Source of the DNA: Macrostomum lignano
Lineage: Eukaryota
Assembly: GCA_002269645.1 (NCBI GenBank)
Contig: NIVC01000245.1
Location: 186,001 to 250,000, forward strand
Length of the DNA stretch: 64,000 nucleotides
Reading direction: 5' to 3'
The position numbers and the translations under genes were made by a program. The stretch's first letter is position 1. The number at the start of each line of letters is the position of its first letter. Shown piece after piece: positions 16,369 to 29,300 of the stretch. The notes under the pieces are model-generated. The model was not told the origin of the DNA. It saw only the letters and a program-made list of their open reading frames with translations, and searched no databases.

Positions 16369-17162
16369 CTACCCTATGACACTATATTAGCTACAAAATC
16401 TCACCCCATGAGACTATATTAGCTACAAAATCTCACCCCATGAGACTATATTAGCTACAAAATCTCACCCTATGACACTCTATTAGCTACAAAATCTCAC
16501 CCTATGAGACTATATTAACTACAAAATCTCACCCTATGACACTCTATTAGCTACAAAATCTCACCCTATGAGACTATATTAACTACAAAATCTCACCCTA
16601 TGAGACACTATTAGCTACAAAATCTCACCCCAATGGACTATATTAGCTACAAAATCTCACCCATGAGACACTATTAGCTACAAAATCTCACCCAATGGAC
16701 TATATTAGCTACAAAATCTCACCCCATGAGACTATATTAGCTACAAAATCTCACGCCATGAAATTATATTAGCTAAAAAATCTCACCCTATACCACTATT
16801 AGCTACAAAATCTCACTTCATGAGACTATATTAGCTACGAAATCTCACCCCATGAGACTATATTAGCTACAAAATCTCACTCCATGAGACTATATTAGCT
16901 ACAAAATCTCACCCCATGAGACTATATTAGCTACAAAATCTCACTCCATGAGACTATATTAGCTACAAAATCTCACCCCATGAGACTATATTAGCTACAA
17001 AATCTCACCCCATGAGACTATATTAGCTACAAAATATCCCCCCCATAAGACTATACTAGCTACGAAATCTCACCCCATGAGACTCTATTAGCTACAAAAT
17101 CTCAATCCATGAGACTATATTAGCTACAAAATCTCACCCCTTGAGACTGTATTAGCTACAAA
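16369..17162. repeat. 32-bp minisatellite (ACTATATTAGCTACAAAATCTCACCCCATGAG)
   Basis: Unit starts at 16381 and 16413; about 24 copies. Confidence 0.95.
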
Positions 17163-17215
17163 TTGACGCTGGATTGCTGAGCAATCTAAATTTCCCACAA
17201 CACCAACCAGTCAGT

Positions 17216-17776
17216 CTAGTTGGCAGCCTGCCAGCTACCCATCCTAGCCTGATCAGCGGCAGCATTCACAGCTGTCACTAAGCTCTCCGGATCTTTCTGC
17301 TGTTTCAATCGTTCCCTTAGCAACTCGGCGATAGCGCGCTGAGTTCGCCTTTCGAGTTTAGCCAGCCTCCGTTCCGCGCCTCGCTTCAAATCCCAATCCG
17401 GTTTCTTCGGTGCAATAGCGGTGATGTCAGAATCGGCAGTTAGCAAGGGCTTCGGCTCGGCCGCTTTCAACTGATCGCCCAGACGAGATTCAACGTCAAC
17501 CAAGTCAGGAGCGGGCAGGTGTCCGGCTGCCAGATGGTCAGTCTCGGCTTTGTAGTTGCGAAACACTGGCAGAACAGGTGGAGCCACCGGAATACCAGCT
17601 GGAGTGTCCACCGACTCTACTGTCGCTGCTGATTCAGGGTTCAACTGTCGTTGGCGCAGTCGTTGCAGACGTTCTTTTCGTCGCATGGCCTCTTCGAGAC
17701 CGGGAGCCGATACCATGCTCAATGACTGCTCAGTGTTGTTACTGTCATTGTCGTTGTTTCTACTGGGCATGGACAT
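17216..17776 (-). CDS. CCDC12: Coiled-coil domain-containing protein 12 / Cwf18 splicing factor (intronless, up to 186 aa)
   Basis: Family motifs RRKERLQRLR, FRNY and APKKPDWDLKRG...LAKLERRTQRAIAELLRERL in one open frame. The start Met (1, 3 or 21) is uncertain. Confidence 0.92.
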   Translation of the reverse strand: MSMPSRNNDNDSNNTEQSLSMVSAPGLEEAMRRKERLQRLRQRQLNPESAATVESVDTPAGIPVAPPVLPVFRNYKAETDHLAAGHLPAPDLVDVESRLGDQLKAAEPKPLLTADSDITAIAPKKPDWDLKRGAERRLAKLERRTQRAIAELLRERLKQQKDPESLVTAVNAAADQARMGSWQAAN

Positions 17777-17872
17777 TGTCGCTTGGATAAGGACAGAACT
17801 GAAGCCTTCTCTTCAGCAGAAATGTCGTATTTAGGAGAATCAAGATACTTCAAAATGCTTCTACACACAAGA

Positions 17873-20107
17873 CTGCTCCTACAGGATGCTTAGCCTGTCA
17901 CTCTCCCAACAGTATGCTTAGCCTGTCACTCCCCCAACAGTATGCTTAGCCTGTCACTCCCCCAACAGTATGCTTAGCCTGTCACTTCCCCAACAGATGC
18001 TTAGCCTGTCACTCCTCCAACAGTATGCTTAGCCTGTGACTCCTCCAACAGTATGCTTAGCCTGTCACTTCCCCAACAGTATGCTTAGCCTGTCACTTCC
18101 CCAACAGATGCTTAGCCTGTCACTTCCCCAACAGATGCTTAGCCTGTCACTTCCCCAACAGATGCTTAGCCTGTCACTCCTCCAACAGTATGCTTAGCCT
18201 GTCACTTCCCCAACAGTATGCTTAGCCTGTCACTCCTCCAACAGTATGCTTAGCCTGTCACTTCCCCAACAGTATGCTTAGCCTGTCACTTCCCCAACAG
18301 ATGCTTAGCCTGTCACTTCCCCAACAGATGCTTAGCCTGTCACTTCCCCAACAGATGCTTAGCCTGTCACTCCTCCAACAGATGCTTAGCCTGTCACTCC
18401 TACAACAGTATGCTTAGCCTGTCACTTCCCCAACAGATGCTTAGCCTGTCACTCCTCCAACAGATGCTTAGCCTGTCACTCCTCCAACAGATGCTTAGCC
18501 TGTCACTCCTACAACAGTATGCTTAGCCTGTCACTTCCCCAACAGTATGCTTAGCCTGCCACTCCTCCAACAGTATGCTTAGCCTGTCACTTCCCCAACA
18601 GATGCTTAGCCTGTCACTTCCCCAACAGATGCTTAGCCTGTCACTTCCCCAACAGTATGCTTAGCCTGCCACTCCTCCAACAGTATGCTTAGCCTGTTAC
18701 TCCTCCAACAGTATGCTTAGCCTGTCACTTCCCCAACAGATGCTTAGCCTGTCACTTCCCCAACAGATGCTTAGCCTGTCACTCCTCCAACAGTATGCTT
18801 AGCCTGTCACTTTCCCAACAGATGCTTAGCCTGTCACTCCTCCAACAGTATGCTTAGCCTGTCACTCCCCCTACAGTATGCTTAGCCTGTCACTCCCCCT
18901 ACAGTATGCTTAGCCTGTCACTCCCCCTATAGGATGCTTAGCCTGTCACTCCCCCTACAGTATGCTTAGCCTGTCACTCCCCCTACAGGATGAATAGCCT
19001 GTCACTCCCCCTACAGTATGCTTAGCCTGTCACTCCCCCTACAGGATGCTTAGCCTGTCACTCCCCCTACAGGATGCTTAGCCTGTCACTCCCCCTACAA
19101 GACGCTTAGCCTGTCACTCCCCCTATAGGATGCTTAGCCTGTCACTACAGCTACAGACAGGATGAATAGCCTGTCACTCCAGCTACAGACAGGATGAATA
19201 GCCTGTCACTACAGCTACAGACAGGATGAATAGCCTGTCACTACAGCTACAGACAGGATGAATAGCCCGTCACTACAGCTACAGACAGGATGAATAGCCT
19301 GTCACTACAGCTACAGACAGGATGAATAGCCTGTCACTACAGCTACAGACAGGATGAATAGCCTGTCACTACAGCTACAGACAGGATGAATAGCCTGTCA
19401 CTACAGCTACAGACAGGATGAATAGCCTGTCACTACAGCTACAGACAGGATGAATAGCCTGTCACTACAGCTACAGACAGGATGAATAGCCTGTCACTAC
19501 AGCTACAGACAGGATGAATAGCCTGTCACTACAGCTACAGACAGGATGAATAGCCTGTCACTACAGCTACAGACAGGATGAATAGCCTGTCACTACAGCT
19601 ACAGACAGGATGAATAGCCTGTCACTACAGCTACAGACAGGATGAATAGCCTGTCACTACAGCTACAGACAGGATGAATAGCCTGTCACTACAGCTACAG
19701 ACAGGATGAATAGCCTGTCACTACAGCTACAGACAGGATGAATAGCCTGTCACTACAGCTACAGACAGGATGAATAGCCTGTCACTACAGCTACAGACAG
19801 GATGAATAGCCTGTCACTACAGCTACAGACAGGATGAATAGCCTGTCACTACAGCTACAGACAGGATGAATAGCCTGTCACTACAGCTACAGACAGGATG
19901 AATAGCCTGTCACTACAGCTACAGACAGGATGAATAGCCTGTCACTACAGCTACAGACAGGATGAATAGCCTGTCACTACAGCTACAGACAGGATGAATA
20001 GCCTGTCACTACAGCTACAGACAGGATGAATAGCCTGTCACTACAGCTACAGACAGGATGAATAGCCTGTCACTACAGCTACAGACAGGATGAATAGCCT
20101 GTCACTC
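17873..20107. repeat. Composite minisatellite: 27-28-bp unit grading into a homogeneous 32-bp unit
   Basis: ATGCTTAGCCTGTCACTTCCCCAACAG(T) to about 19140, then GATGAATAGCCTGTCACTACAGCTACAGACAG to 20107. Shared core TAGCCTGTCACT. Confidence 0.97.
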
Positions 20108-20391
20108 CCTGAGACGCATAACTCGTAATTCAATACTATCGTAAGGTTTCCTGAATACAGAAAATTTCTGAATAAAAACAGAATACACAGGCTAGCTTAT
20201 ACTAACTAACAAAATTATAGCAAACACAGCAATGGAGACCAAAACACGGATAAATTCCACGAAAACGCATGAGCCATCTACGAGGCCACAAACAAACTGT
20301 ATTTATTGTTCAATCTGAACTTTGAACGAATGAACTTGAAACACCAAAACCAGTTAATTGTTTTAATTAATTCGGCCCAGCAGTCAGTTAT

Positions 20392-23300
20392 TCAAGAGCT
20401 AACAGCGGTCGATGGCTGTCCAGTTGTAGAGGGAATTTCATCCAGCTCACCGGGCGCCAGGACTTGCAGTTTAGTTTGCACCTCTTGCAGATTGTCGTGC
20501 CATTGTTGCAGGGTGTGCCGCAACGAGGTCCACTGGGCCCGGCCGAATGTCCGGTGGGTGGTGCCGTAGACAAGCACTTTGCGCTGCACTTCGTCTAGTT
20601 TGCAGAATACCGCCTCCTTGCGAGCGGCTAAGGTAGGATAAATAGGTGAGCTGTATTGTTTACTGTTTACCGGCCTAGTTAACCTTAACACAAACACACT
20701 TTACTGTACAATTAAAGGCTCGATAACAAAATATGGTTCTTAGAATCGATTTACAAATAAAAGGTTTCTAAGAAACCGCCCTACCGGTAAAAAAGGAATT
20801 GCCCTATTAAATTATTTCCCAAAATCGACCAAAACTAAACTTTTCTAAGAATCACCATATTGAAATATTTCCAAGAATCACCATATTGAAATATTTCCAA
20901 GAATCACCGTATTGAAATATTTCCAAGAATCACCATATTGAAATATTTCCAAGAATCATCATATTAAAATATTTCCAAGAATCACCATATTGAAATATTT
21001 CCAAGAATCACCATATTGAAATATTTCCAAGAATCACCATATTGAAATATTTCCAAGAATCACCATATTGAAATATTTCCAAGAATCACCATATTGAAAT
21101 ATTTCCAAGAATCACCGTATTGAAATATTTCCAAGAATCACCATATTGAAATATTTCCAAGAATCACCGTATTGAAATATTTCCAAGAATCACCATATTG
21201 AAATATTTCCAAGAATCACCATATTGAAATATTTCCAAGAATCACCATATTGAAATATTTCCAAGAATCACCATATTGAAATATTTCCAAGAATCACCAT
21301 ATTGAAATATTTCCAGGAATCACCCCAAACTAAACATTTCCAAGGATCTCACTAATTAATAAATATTTCAAAAATCACCCTGAATCAAATACTTCTAAGA
21401 ATCGCATCTGATAGAACATTTGTTAGAACTGCTTCGAAAAAAGAAGTCATGCAGTACAAACCATCAATGATGAACTCTTCCAGATCGTCAGACTCCATCT
21501 TGAGCTCATCCTGCAGCAGTGCATAGTCCAGCTCTAGCTTATTCTCAGCCAGCCGCATCAGGGTCAACAACCTGAGCTTGTTCATGCAGGACTCGGCGCA
21601 GATGTTTAAACCGCGAACAAAATCGGCATTTTTGTCGGCAAAAGTCAAATAGTCGGTCAGGCTGCCGCTAACAAAGATCATCAATAGTTCGTGAATCAGT
21701 TCGCCTTCGAGAAACTGGATAGGTTTCAAGCTGAGCAGATGGTCCATGATGTAGACGGAATCGTCTGATAGGGTGGCCACGATGCACATAATGGCTTCGT
21801 CTCTGGCTTTGGATGCGTCCTGCTCGGTGTAGGCGTCCATCAGGTCGATTAAACAGGCGTTGGCGCTCGCCGTGTCGCCGCTGCGCGTTAGCGCCGAATG
21901 CAGCCGGCGCCACAGGGTCTGTCAGGGGTGAGATTCAAGGGCCACTTATCTCAGGGGTGAGATTTTAAAAGCCACTTATTTCAGGAGTGAGATCTCAGAG
22001 CCGCTAATCTCAGGGGTGAGATTTTAGAACCACTTATCTCAGGGGTGAGATTTTAGAACCACTTATCTCACAGGTCAGATTTTAGAACCACTTATCTCAC
22101 GGGTGAGATCTCAGAGCCGCTTATCTCAGGGGTGAGATCTCAGAGACGCTTATCTCAGGGGTGAGATCTCAGAGCCGCTTATGTCAGGGTGGGACCTCAG
22201 AGCTGCTTATCTCAGGGTTGAGATTCAAGACCCGCTAATCTCAGGGGTGAGATTTAGGTCCCGCTTATATTAGGGGTGAGATTTAGGAGCATCGCTCATC
22301 TTTGGAGTGAGATTTAGAAGACTCTATCTCAGGGGTGAGATTTAGGACACGCTAATCTCAGGGTTGAGATTTAAGATTCGCTAATCTCGAGGGTGAGATT
22401 CAAGACCCACTAATCTCATGGGTGAGATTTAGGATCCGCTTATCTCAGGGGGTGAGATTTAGGACACGCTTATCTTAGAGGTGAGATTTATGAACCGCTT
22501 ATCTCAGGTGTGAGATTTAGGATCTGCTTATCTCAAAGGTGAGATTTAAGGGCTGCTTATCTCAGAGTTGATATTTAAGGGCCGCTTATCTCAGAGTTGA
22601 TATTAAGGGCCGCTTATCTCAAAGGTGAGATTTAAGGGCCGCTTATCTCAAAGGTGAGATTTTAGGGCCGCTTATCTCAAAGGTGAGATTTAAGGGCCGC
22701 TTATCTCAAAGGTGAGATTTTAGGGCCGCTTATCTCAAAGGTGAGATTTTAGGGCCGCTTATCTCAAAGGTGAGATTTAAGGGCCGCTTATCTTAAAGGT
22801 GAGATTTATGAACCGCTTATCTCAGGCGTGAGCTCCAGTGTTAAAACCGTAATGTCTGACCTTCCTATCTTCTGGGCTGCACTGCCAGTCGCTCATCCAG
22901 TTGCGCAGCTGAACCCGATCCGTGACCACCTGATTCATTCGTTTCTCCTCAGACGCGGTCTCAACCAGAGCCAGATAGACCGTATACCTTAGCGGAGAAT
23001 TCTCAGGCAATATGCGAAACAGATTCTGCAGCGGCGACACTTTGCAAGCGGCCGCGGCTTCTCGAACTGACGGTGCAACGTTGGCGACTTGCTGCTGCTG
23101 CTGCTGCTGTTGTTGTTTGGCATCTTCAGCCTGAGCTCCACCGGCTAGGGCCAGTTTCAAGTTCAGACTGCACACAGCTTTGCAGAATAGGTCAACAGTG
23201 TTAGGCATGGCGGATTGCGGCATTTCAACTAGCAGGGAGACAATTCCGTTTAGTACAGATTCAATGTCAGCTGGTGGAATGGGTTTCTGGGACAGGACAG

Positions 23301-26300
23301 ACAGGCCTGGCAACACTTTTGTCAGCTGCTCGTGCCATGGCCCTGTTGAGGCGTCCACAGTCTGGGCACCGGACCAGCCCAGCGATTTGAGGAAATCGCA
23401 CAACTCCGACACCTGAGTTTTGAGAGTTGTGTTATTTTATATTTGGCTTGGACAAATCTAGGGTCGAAAATAGCAGTTTGAAAGTGTATTTCACTTAATG
23501 CTCTCTAAATAGATTATGCAGTGTGTACACTCGATATCTAGCTATGGACACTACAGTTCACTTTAAAATCTGCAAACAGACCTTTTTTGAAAGAGAATTA
23601 CTAAAATTGATTTACTAAAATAAGTATGATTTGTTCAATTCAGTAGTATCGTGCAAATGCGCGCTTCGAAATCCGCTTTGCTTCCTGCTTTTTGCCGGCC
23701 TCTGATTGGTCGACTGCAAATGGTGACGACAGGGTGACTTTCGTCAATTCGTCGTCATCAACCTTTCGTCACTGTGTTTCTTTTTCCTAGCGGGTGTTTA
23801 TCTATAGTTAGACCAGGTTTAATATAAGATATTTTCTATCAATCTTCAGTTTTATATCAGCAGCTATAGTGCAACAAAACCTAAATACCCAAAATTTTAA
23901 TTTCTAAGTAGTTTGTACTTGTAATGTTATCTATAAAACTACAATTACAAAATGAAAATTGTGCTTATAGGATAGCAAGTAATGCAAGCTTAGGCCCTAT
24001 ATTTAAAGCATTGCCATTGCAATTCTTGATTGTAGCCAATCCCCCTTTTTATAAACATTGTCTAGCATATTTAGCACTTAGTGCACTTTGAAAGAGGACA
24101 TAAGGTGTGCCAGTATAAAAAAGATCTATATTAAATTACTCACTATATTTGTTTTTAATTGCCATGGCATAACTAGCTAGCATTATGCAATTTATCATAA
24201 TATAGTAAAAAGTAATTTAGTATAGCAAGGCAAGAAATAATGTTGTGTAGCATTTAAAAAAACTACATCAAATTCTATTAGGGGTCAGACAAAATCTCAA
24301 TCTTGATCTCAATTGTCAATTGACATATTTTTGAAAAAATTTTCTTCTGTTAAATGTTGCACCAAAGTTTACTTGCATTAAGCTTCCAAAGACTCCTGTC
24401 TTCAGCAACCTCAGCGATTTTGATCAATTTTTTATTAGAAAACAACTCAAGATTAATGATTGGCAACTGTGCAAAGCTTGCAATTTTCTACATTCAATGA
24501 AAAGCATGTTCAAACAAAAATAGGTTATGTCTCTTTCTAAGATCTTTTTAAGTCTTTGTAAGATCCACAAGGCAGGTTACTGATTGTCTCAATGGTGGGA
24601 ACAGCCAAATACTACCTAGCCATATCATAATAAATTTATTAAGCCAGTCATCTTGTGTTGATGTTATATGTGTATATAAGCAAGTGTGTGTGTATACAAG
24701 GTATATTACATATGTGGTATATAGCAAGGCATACTTAATGAGGATGCCTTGTTATATTTGCTATATATATTGCTATATATGCCTTGCTATAATAAATATA
24801 ATTTATATTAAAAAAATAATTTTATATTAGTAAGCCAAGTGAAATAGAGAAGTGATCAGAAACTATAATTTATGGAATAAAACAATAGAAAACTTGATAA
24901 CAAGATAATATTTGACTCTAGTAAAAGCAAGATATTAGACATGTTTCAGTCAGATTAAATACATTTTCAACTTCCTATATATTATTGAAGACTCAACCAT
25001 ACAAATAAATTTATTTAAGGCTAATTGAAGTATCATGGGGATACATTTCATAATTTTGGTTTAGCATACCTTGTATACTTGTACTATATAAAGTAGTATT
25101 GTTATTATAGTAAGCAGCAATGATATTAAGCTATGAATTATTAGCATACATTATATTAGCATATTATATTAGCATAGATTAATTATTAGCATTATTAGCA
25201 TAGAACTGGCATGGACTGTAATAAAAAGCATTGCCAATATTTTTTTATCTTTTGCTGACTTATGGATTTCTATTTTAATATAAGTTTAAAGTTCAATAGT
25301 TCCAATAATCAGTAAATATAAAATTGTACATAGAAAGATTTCTAAATATTATAACATTTTTGGCATTCTTTATAAACTTAAAAATGATTAAAAATTTAAT
25401 TATTGCATTAAAGTGAATTACAAACTTACTGTCATCCCTCACCATGCAAGGAACAAATGTTTTAGTAAATCAAAAAAGCCAAAAACACATGGCTATTGTC
25501 TTCACAGTTGGACAAATTTTTAAAGTCTAGCACTTTGACAATTTTTTGGCACAAAGTATAACATCTGATTGTAACACTGACAGTGCATTAAAACTGGCAA
25601 ACTCTTATTCCAAAAGTACTGAACATTTGTTGCCCAATGCTCTCTATGCTGCAGCTTCTGCCAAATGTCTTAAAGAAAACAATGTTGACAACAATGAGAG
25701 AGATAATGAAATTAATGACAAAAATTTTTCTCTATGCCACAAATCATCTAGTGATATAAGCAATAATGAGGAAGAACTTCCAAATTAGAGATCCTTAAAT
25801 GCAGCAGCCAGAAGGAGAAAGGTTATTACCTTAGAATGGCAAATGCTATTGCTGCCTCTCTAGTTGCCACAGCTTCATCCTTTGCAGTTACAAGATCACT
25901 ACTAATGTCAAAAATTTTAATTGCTAATTCTTTTGTACCTGCTGAGCCTAATGTCATGATGGTGCCAAAAAATCTGCTGTCAAGTTTGGTCAATGAGGTA
26001 AATACATTTGTCAAACTTCAGAAAGATACAAACAAGTGCCTTCAAGGAATTGTGCAAAATAAAAAAGAATGCTTCAAAGCTGGCCAAGAAAGTTGCATGG
26101 TATTAGCTATTGGCTATCTAGCAAAGCTGCTGTCCCAGCTTACCCTATTTACACTATGCTCAGACTACTGCAACCCTGATTCGAAGGCCCTGAGTGATAG
26201 GCTCAGAGTGCAGCTATTTCAAATAGTCATCAAGACAAATAATCTTGTTATACAATGCCAAGACTTAGACCCTGGCAGATGCCTTAGAGGCAGCTGGACA

Positions 26301-29300
26301 CTATGTATGCAGCCATACTGTGTGTGGAGACTGGAGTTTGGAAAGTATAGCAGTCTAGGCAGCAAGACCAACACTACACTTTATGCAAGGTGCACCTGAT
26401 GTAGCCTTCTGACCTACTATGTGGGTGGTGACTTTGATTGGCTAGCCACGTCTTCCTCTTAGAGGCTCACTGCCCTGAGTTGCTATATAAAGTACTGCTG
26501 CTCAAGCTGCAAAGACTGCGTAGGCAAGGGCAAAGGCAAATGGCAATATATCCTGACTAGCTTTTAACTAATGCTGGCACCTTACACCAAGCTAGGGTGT
26601 GACTTTATAAGGGCTAGGACCTAGAAATATGCTCTTTGACTTTTTCTCCCCTTTCTGGCCACTGTGTAATAGGAAGGGAAATATTTTGTTGTTATATATA
26701 TCCTTGACTAAAATTTGACTTGACCCTACTTTTTTTCCAACTCAGCCTATAGTCAAAATAATGCTGGGTGCACACCTGAACAAAAATGGAATAATTATAA
26801 ATGCACACCAGAAAAAAAATAAAAAATAAAAAATCCAAAATTCAAAATAAGATTATTTTCTTTTATCTTTTAAATTTAAATTGCTATATAATAGATACTA
26901 GGCCTAATATAAAGTGCACATTTCTTTTTTCTTAATGCCCATATAATTTTTTGCTTGGCATATGGTGCACAGTTAAAAAATTGACTATTAGCAATTTGTT
27001 GCAACAGCGGCGCACATGGCACACCTTCCTGACCATAGATTAAGAATAGTGCATCTTCACAATTTACACTTTCTATAATGAAGCTCATATAAAAAATCAT
27101 ATAGAAATGACTTAAAAAAGGCTGTCTCAAAATTTTATAATCAAGATAAAATCTTAAACCTATATAACTTTTGCTAACAGCAAAATCTAAAAATGTGGGA
27201 TAAAATGGTAAAACAAATTTGTGGACATTTGATGGAAGGTAGCATATCTAAAAAAGCTTTCTGAAAGATAGATAAGTCTTTAAAATAGTTCTGGATAAAA
27301 ACTATTGTTTTCATGCCTTACAACACTAAATAAACAAGTAAAAAATCACAAAAAACATTTTAAAAGTTCAAGTTGACCAATTTGAAATTTTTGGTTTCAC
27401 TTTTTTCATTTATAAACAATTAATTACAAGATTTGTAGACCTAAGAAAAGGCTATTTTTTACTACTTACAATGTATTCTTTTACAAATATAAGAATACAA
27501 AAGATTCCATGTTTTATTTTTATTTTATTCACAAAGATGAAGAATTTCTAAGTATTTCTAAGTTTTTCTAAAGCCACATAAACTTGCAAAAATTCATACT
27601 AATTTAAAGTGCAAAGTTTGCTAGTAAACATCTTGTCTAAAAGTAAATATACCGCTAATTCCTTGTTGCAAAATAATCTTCAAGTTGTTTTCTTTCATCT
27701 AAATATCAACTTGTAGAGTATTAATGTATATAATATGCCTATATTTAGCCTTCAATTTTTTTAGATTAAAATTGGCACTACAAAATTTGAACCTTGTATC
27801 CAAATCAAATGCTTCCTATAGGCTTATTAAGCAACAAAGAACAATGAAATTACACCTAAATATATATCATTGTGGCATGTATAATGTAATTATTAGAGCT
27901 TTTCTATCATTATATGAGAGTCATTTTATCATAATTTAATTTACTATTTTAACAAATCATTTTGTTAAAAATAAGGCTATACATAAATAATTTGTGCTTT
28001 TATAGATATTTTTTAACTTTTTAAACTCAAATAAATTTATTTTATAGCTTTATCATTTTTAAAACACAAAACTGAATTTTCAAAACATTGCCACCAATTT
28101 TTTGATTTTGCCTAATATATTTTTAGACATATCTTCTAAGTTCAATGATGGGCACTAGCGCCACTAATGTTTTGTTAGTGCTGCTAATTCTGTTGAATTG
28201 AAATTCTGATTAGTGTGCGCTATCAAAGTGCCGCTAATATTTTTTGAAAATTGCTAATTGGGCAAAATTATTTTTTGCTATAAAACTAGATGGTTAATGA
28301 CTGTTTGATACTTAAAATGAGACCCTATTTGAGTAATAAGTTAAAATTATGTAAATCTATTAAACCTTTACTAAATAAATCTCTAATATGTTTCTAATTT
28401 TCTTAGAAATGCAAAACAAAATTAGAATTTTTTTTCATTTTCATTATCACAAATAATCTTGTTTTTGTCATTGACTTTAAAAGTTTTCTTACTACTTTTA
28501 ATTCATTAGCAAAAAGTTGTTGATTCATTTAATAATTTAATCAAAGAATTCAATGTTCAACTCAGTTGATATTCTAAGCGATGATACGAAGTGACAGACT
28601 ATATCAACAAGGTGTGAAATGGCAGTGATGGTAGGGTTATTAAATCTTGTACCGCCATTTCAAGCTGATGATCTCACCTTCTTTCTTGAGTATAAGAAGG
28701 CTATGGCCATGGTAGCAAGGGCCTTTGACATTTTTCAAGGCAAATAGCATTGTAATTTTAGGAACTCTTTTTACTAACTGTAGGGGTAAGATGGGATTAA
28801 AATTTTCGGGCGGGATAGGGATCGGGATTCAACTTTTCGGGAATCGGGATCGGGATTTGGGAAATAGAAATATGATTATAATTTTTATGAATACAAGCCT
28901 AAATGTAATCTGACCTGACTCAAATATATTTTTATGCTTTTAATTGTTATGGCAATTTTTTTATATTTCTACTTCTAGCCCTAGGCTTTTGTTTAATAAA
29001 TTATTATATTTTGATAATTATGATAATTAAAATTTACTAGACTAGCTAAAGCTTAAGCTTAATTTGGTAATTTGCTATTATATTAGAATGTTAAGCCTAT
29101 TATTAGTAATTTAGTTATTTAATTTACTAGGTATTTCTAATATTTTAACATATTATATTAATTGATAGCTAAAGTCTATTATATGATAGGGCCTAAACTT
29201 CTTATAGCTAGCTAGGCCTCGTAAATAACCTTATATATCTAAATTAATTATTATATTGGCACTCTTGGCCCCCAAGGCTAAGCCTTTTATCCTTGTTGGC

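Noticed and set aside
23410-23412. GTG as eIF3m start codon (from the ORF track)
   Set aside because: It follows a CAG acceptor, and an ATG-bearing phase-0 exon exists at 36041-36006.
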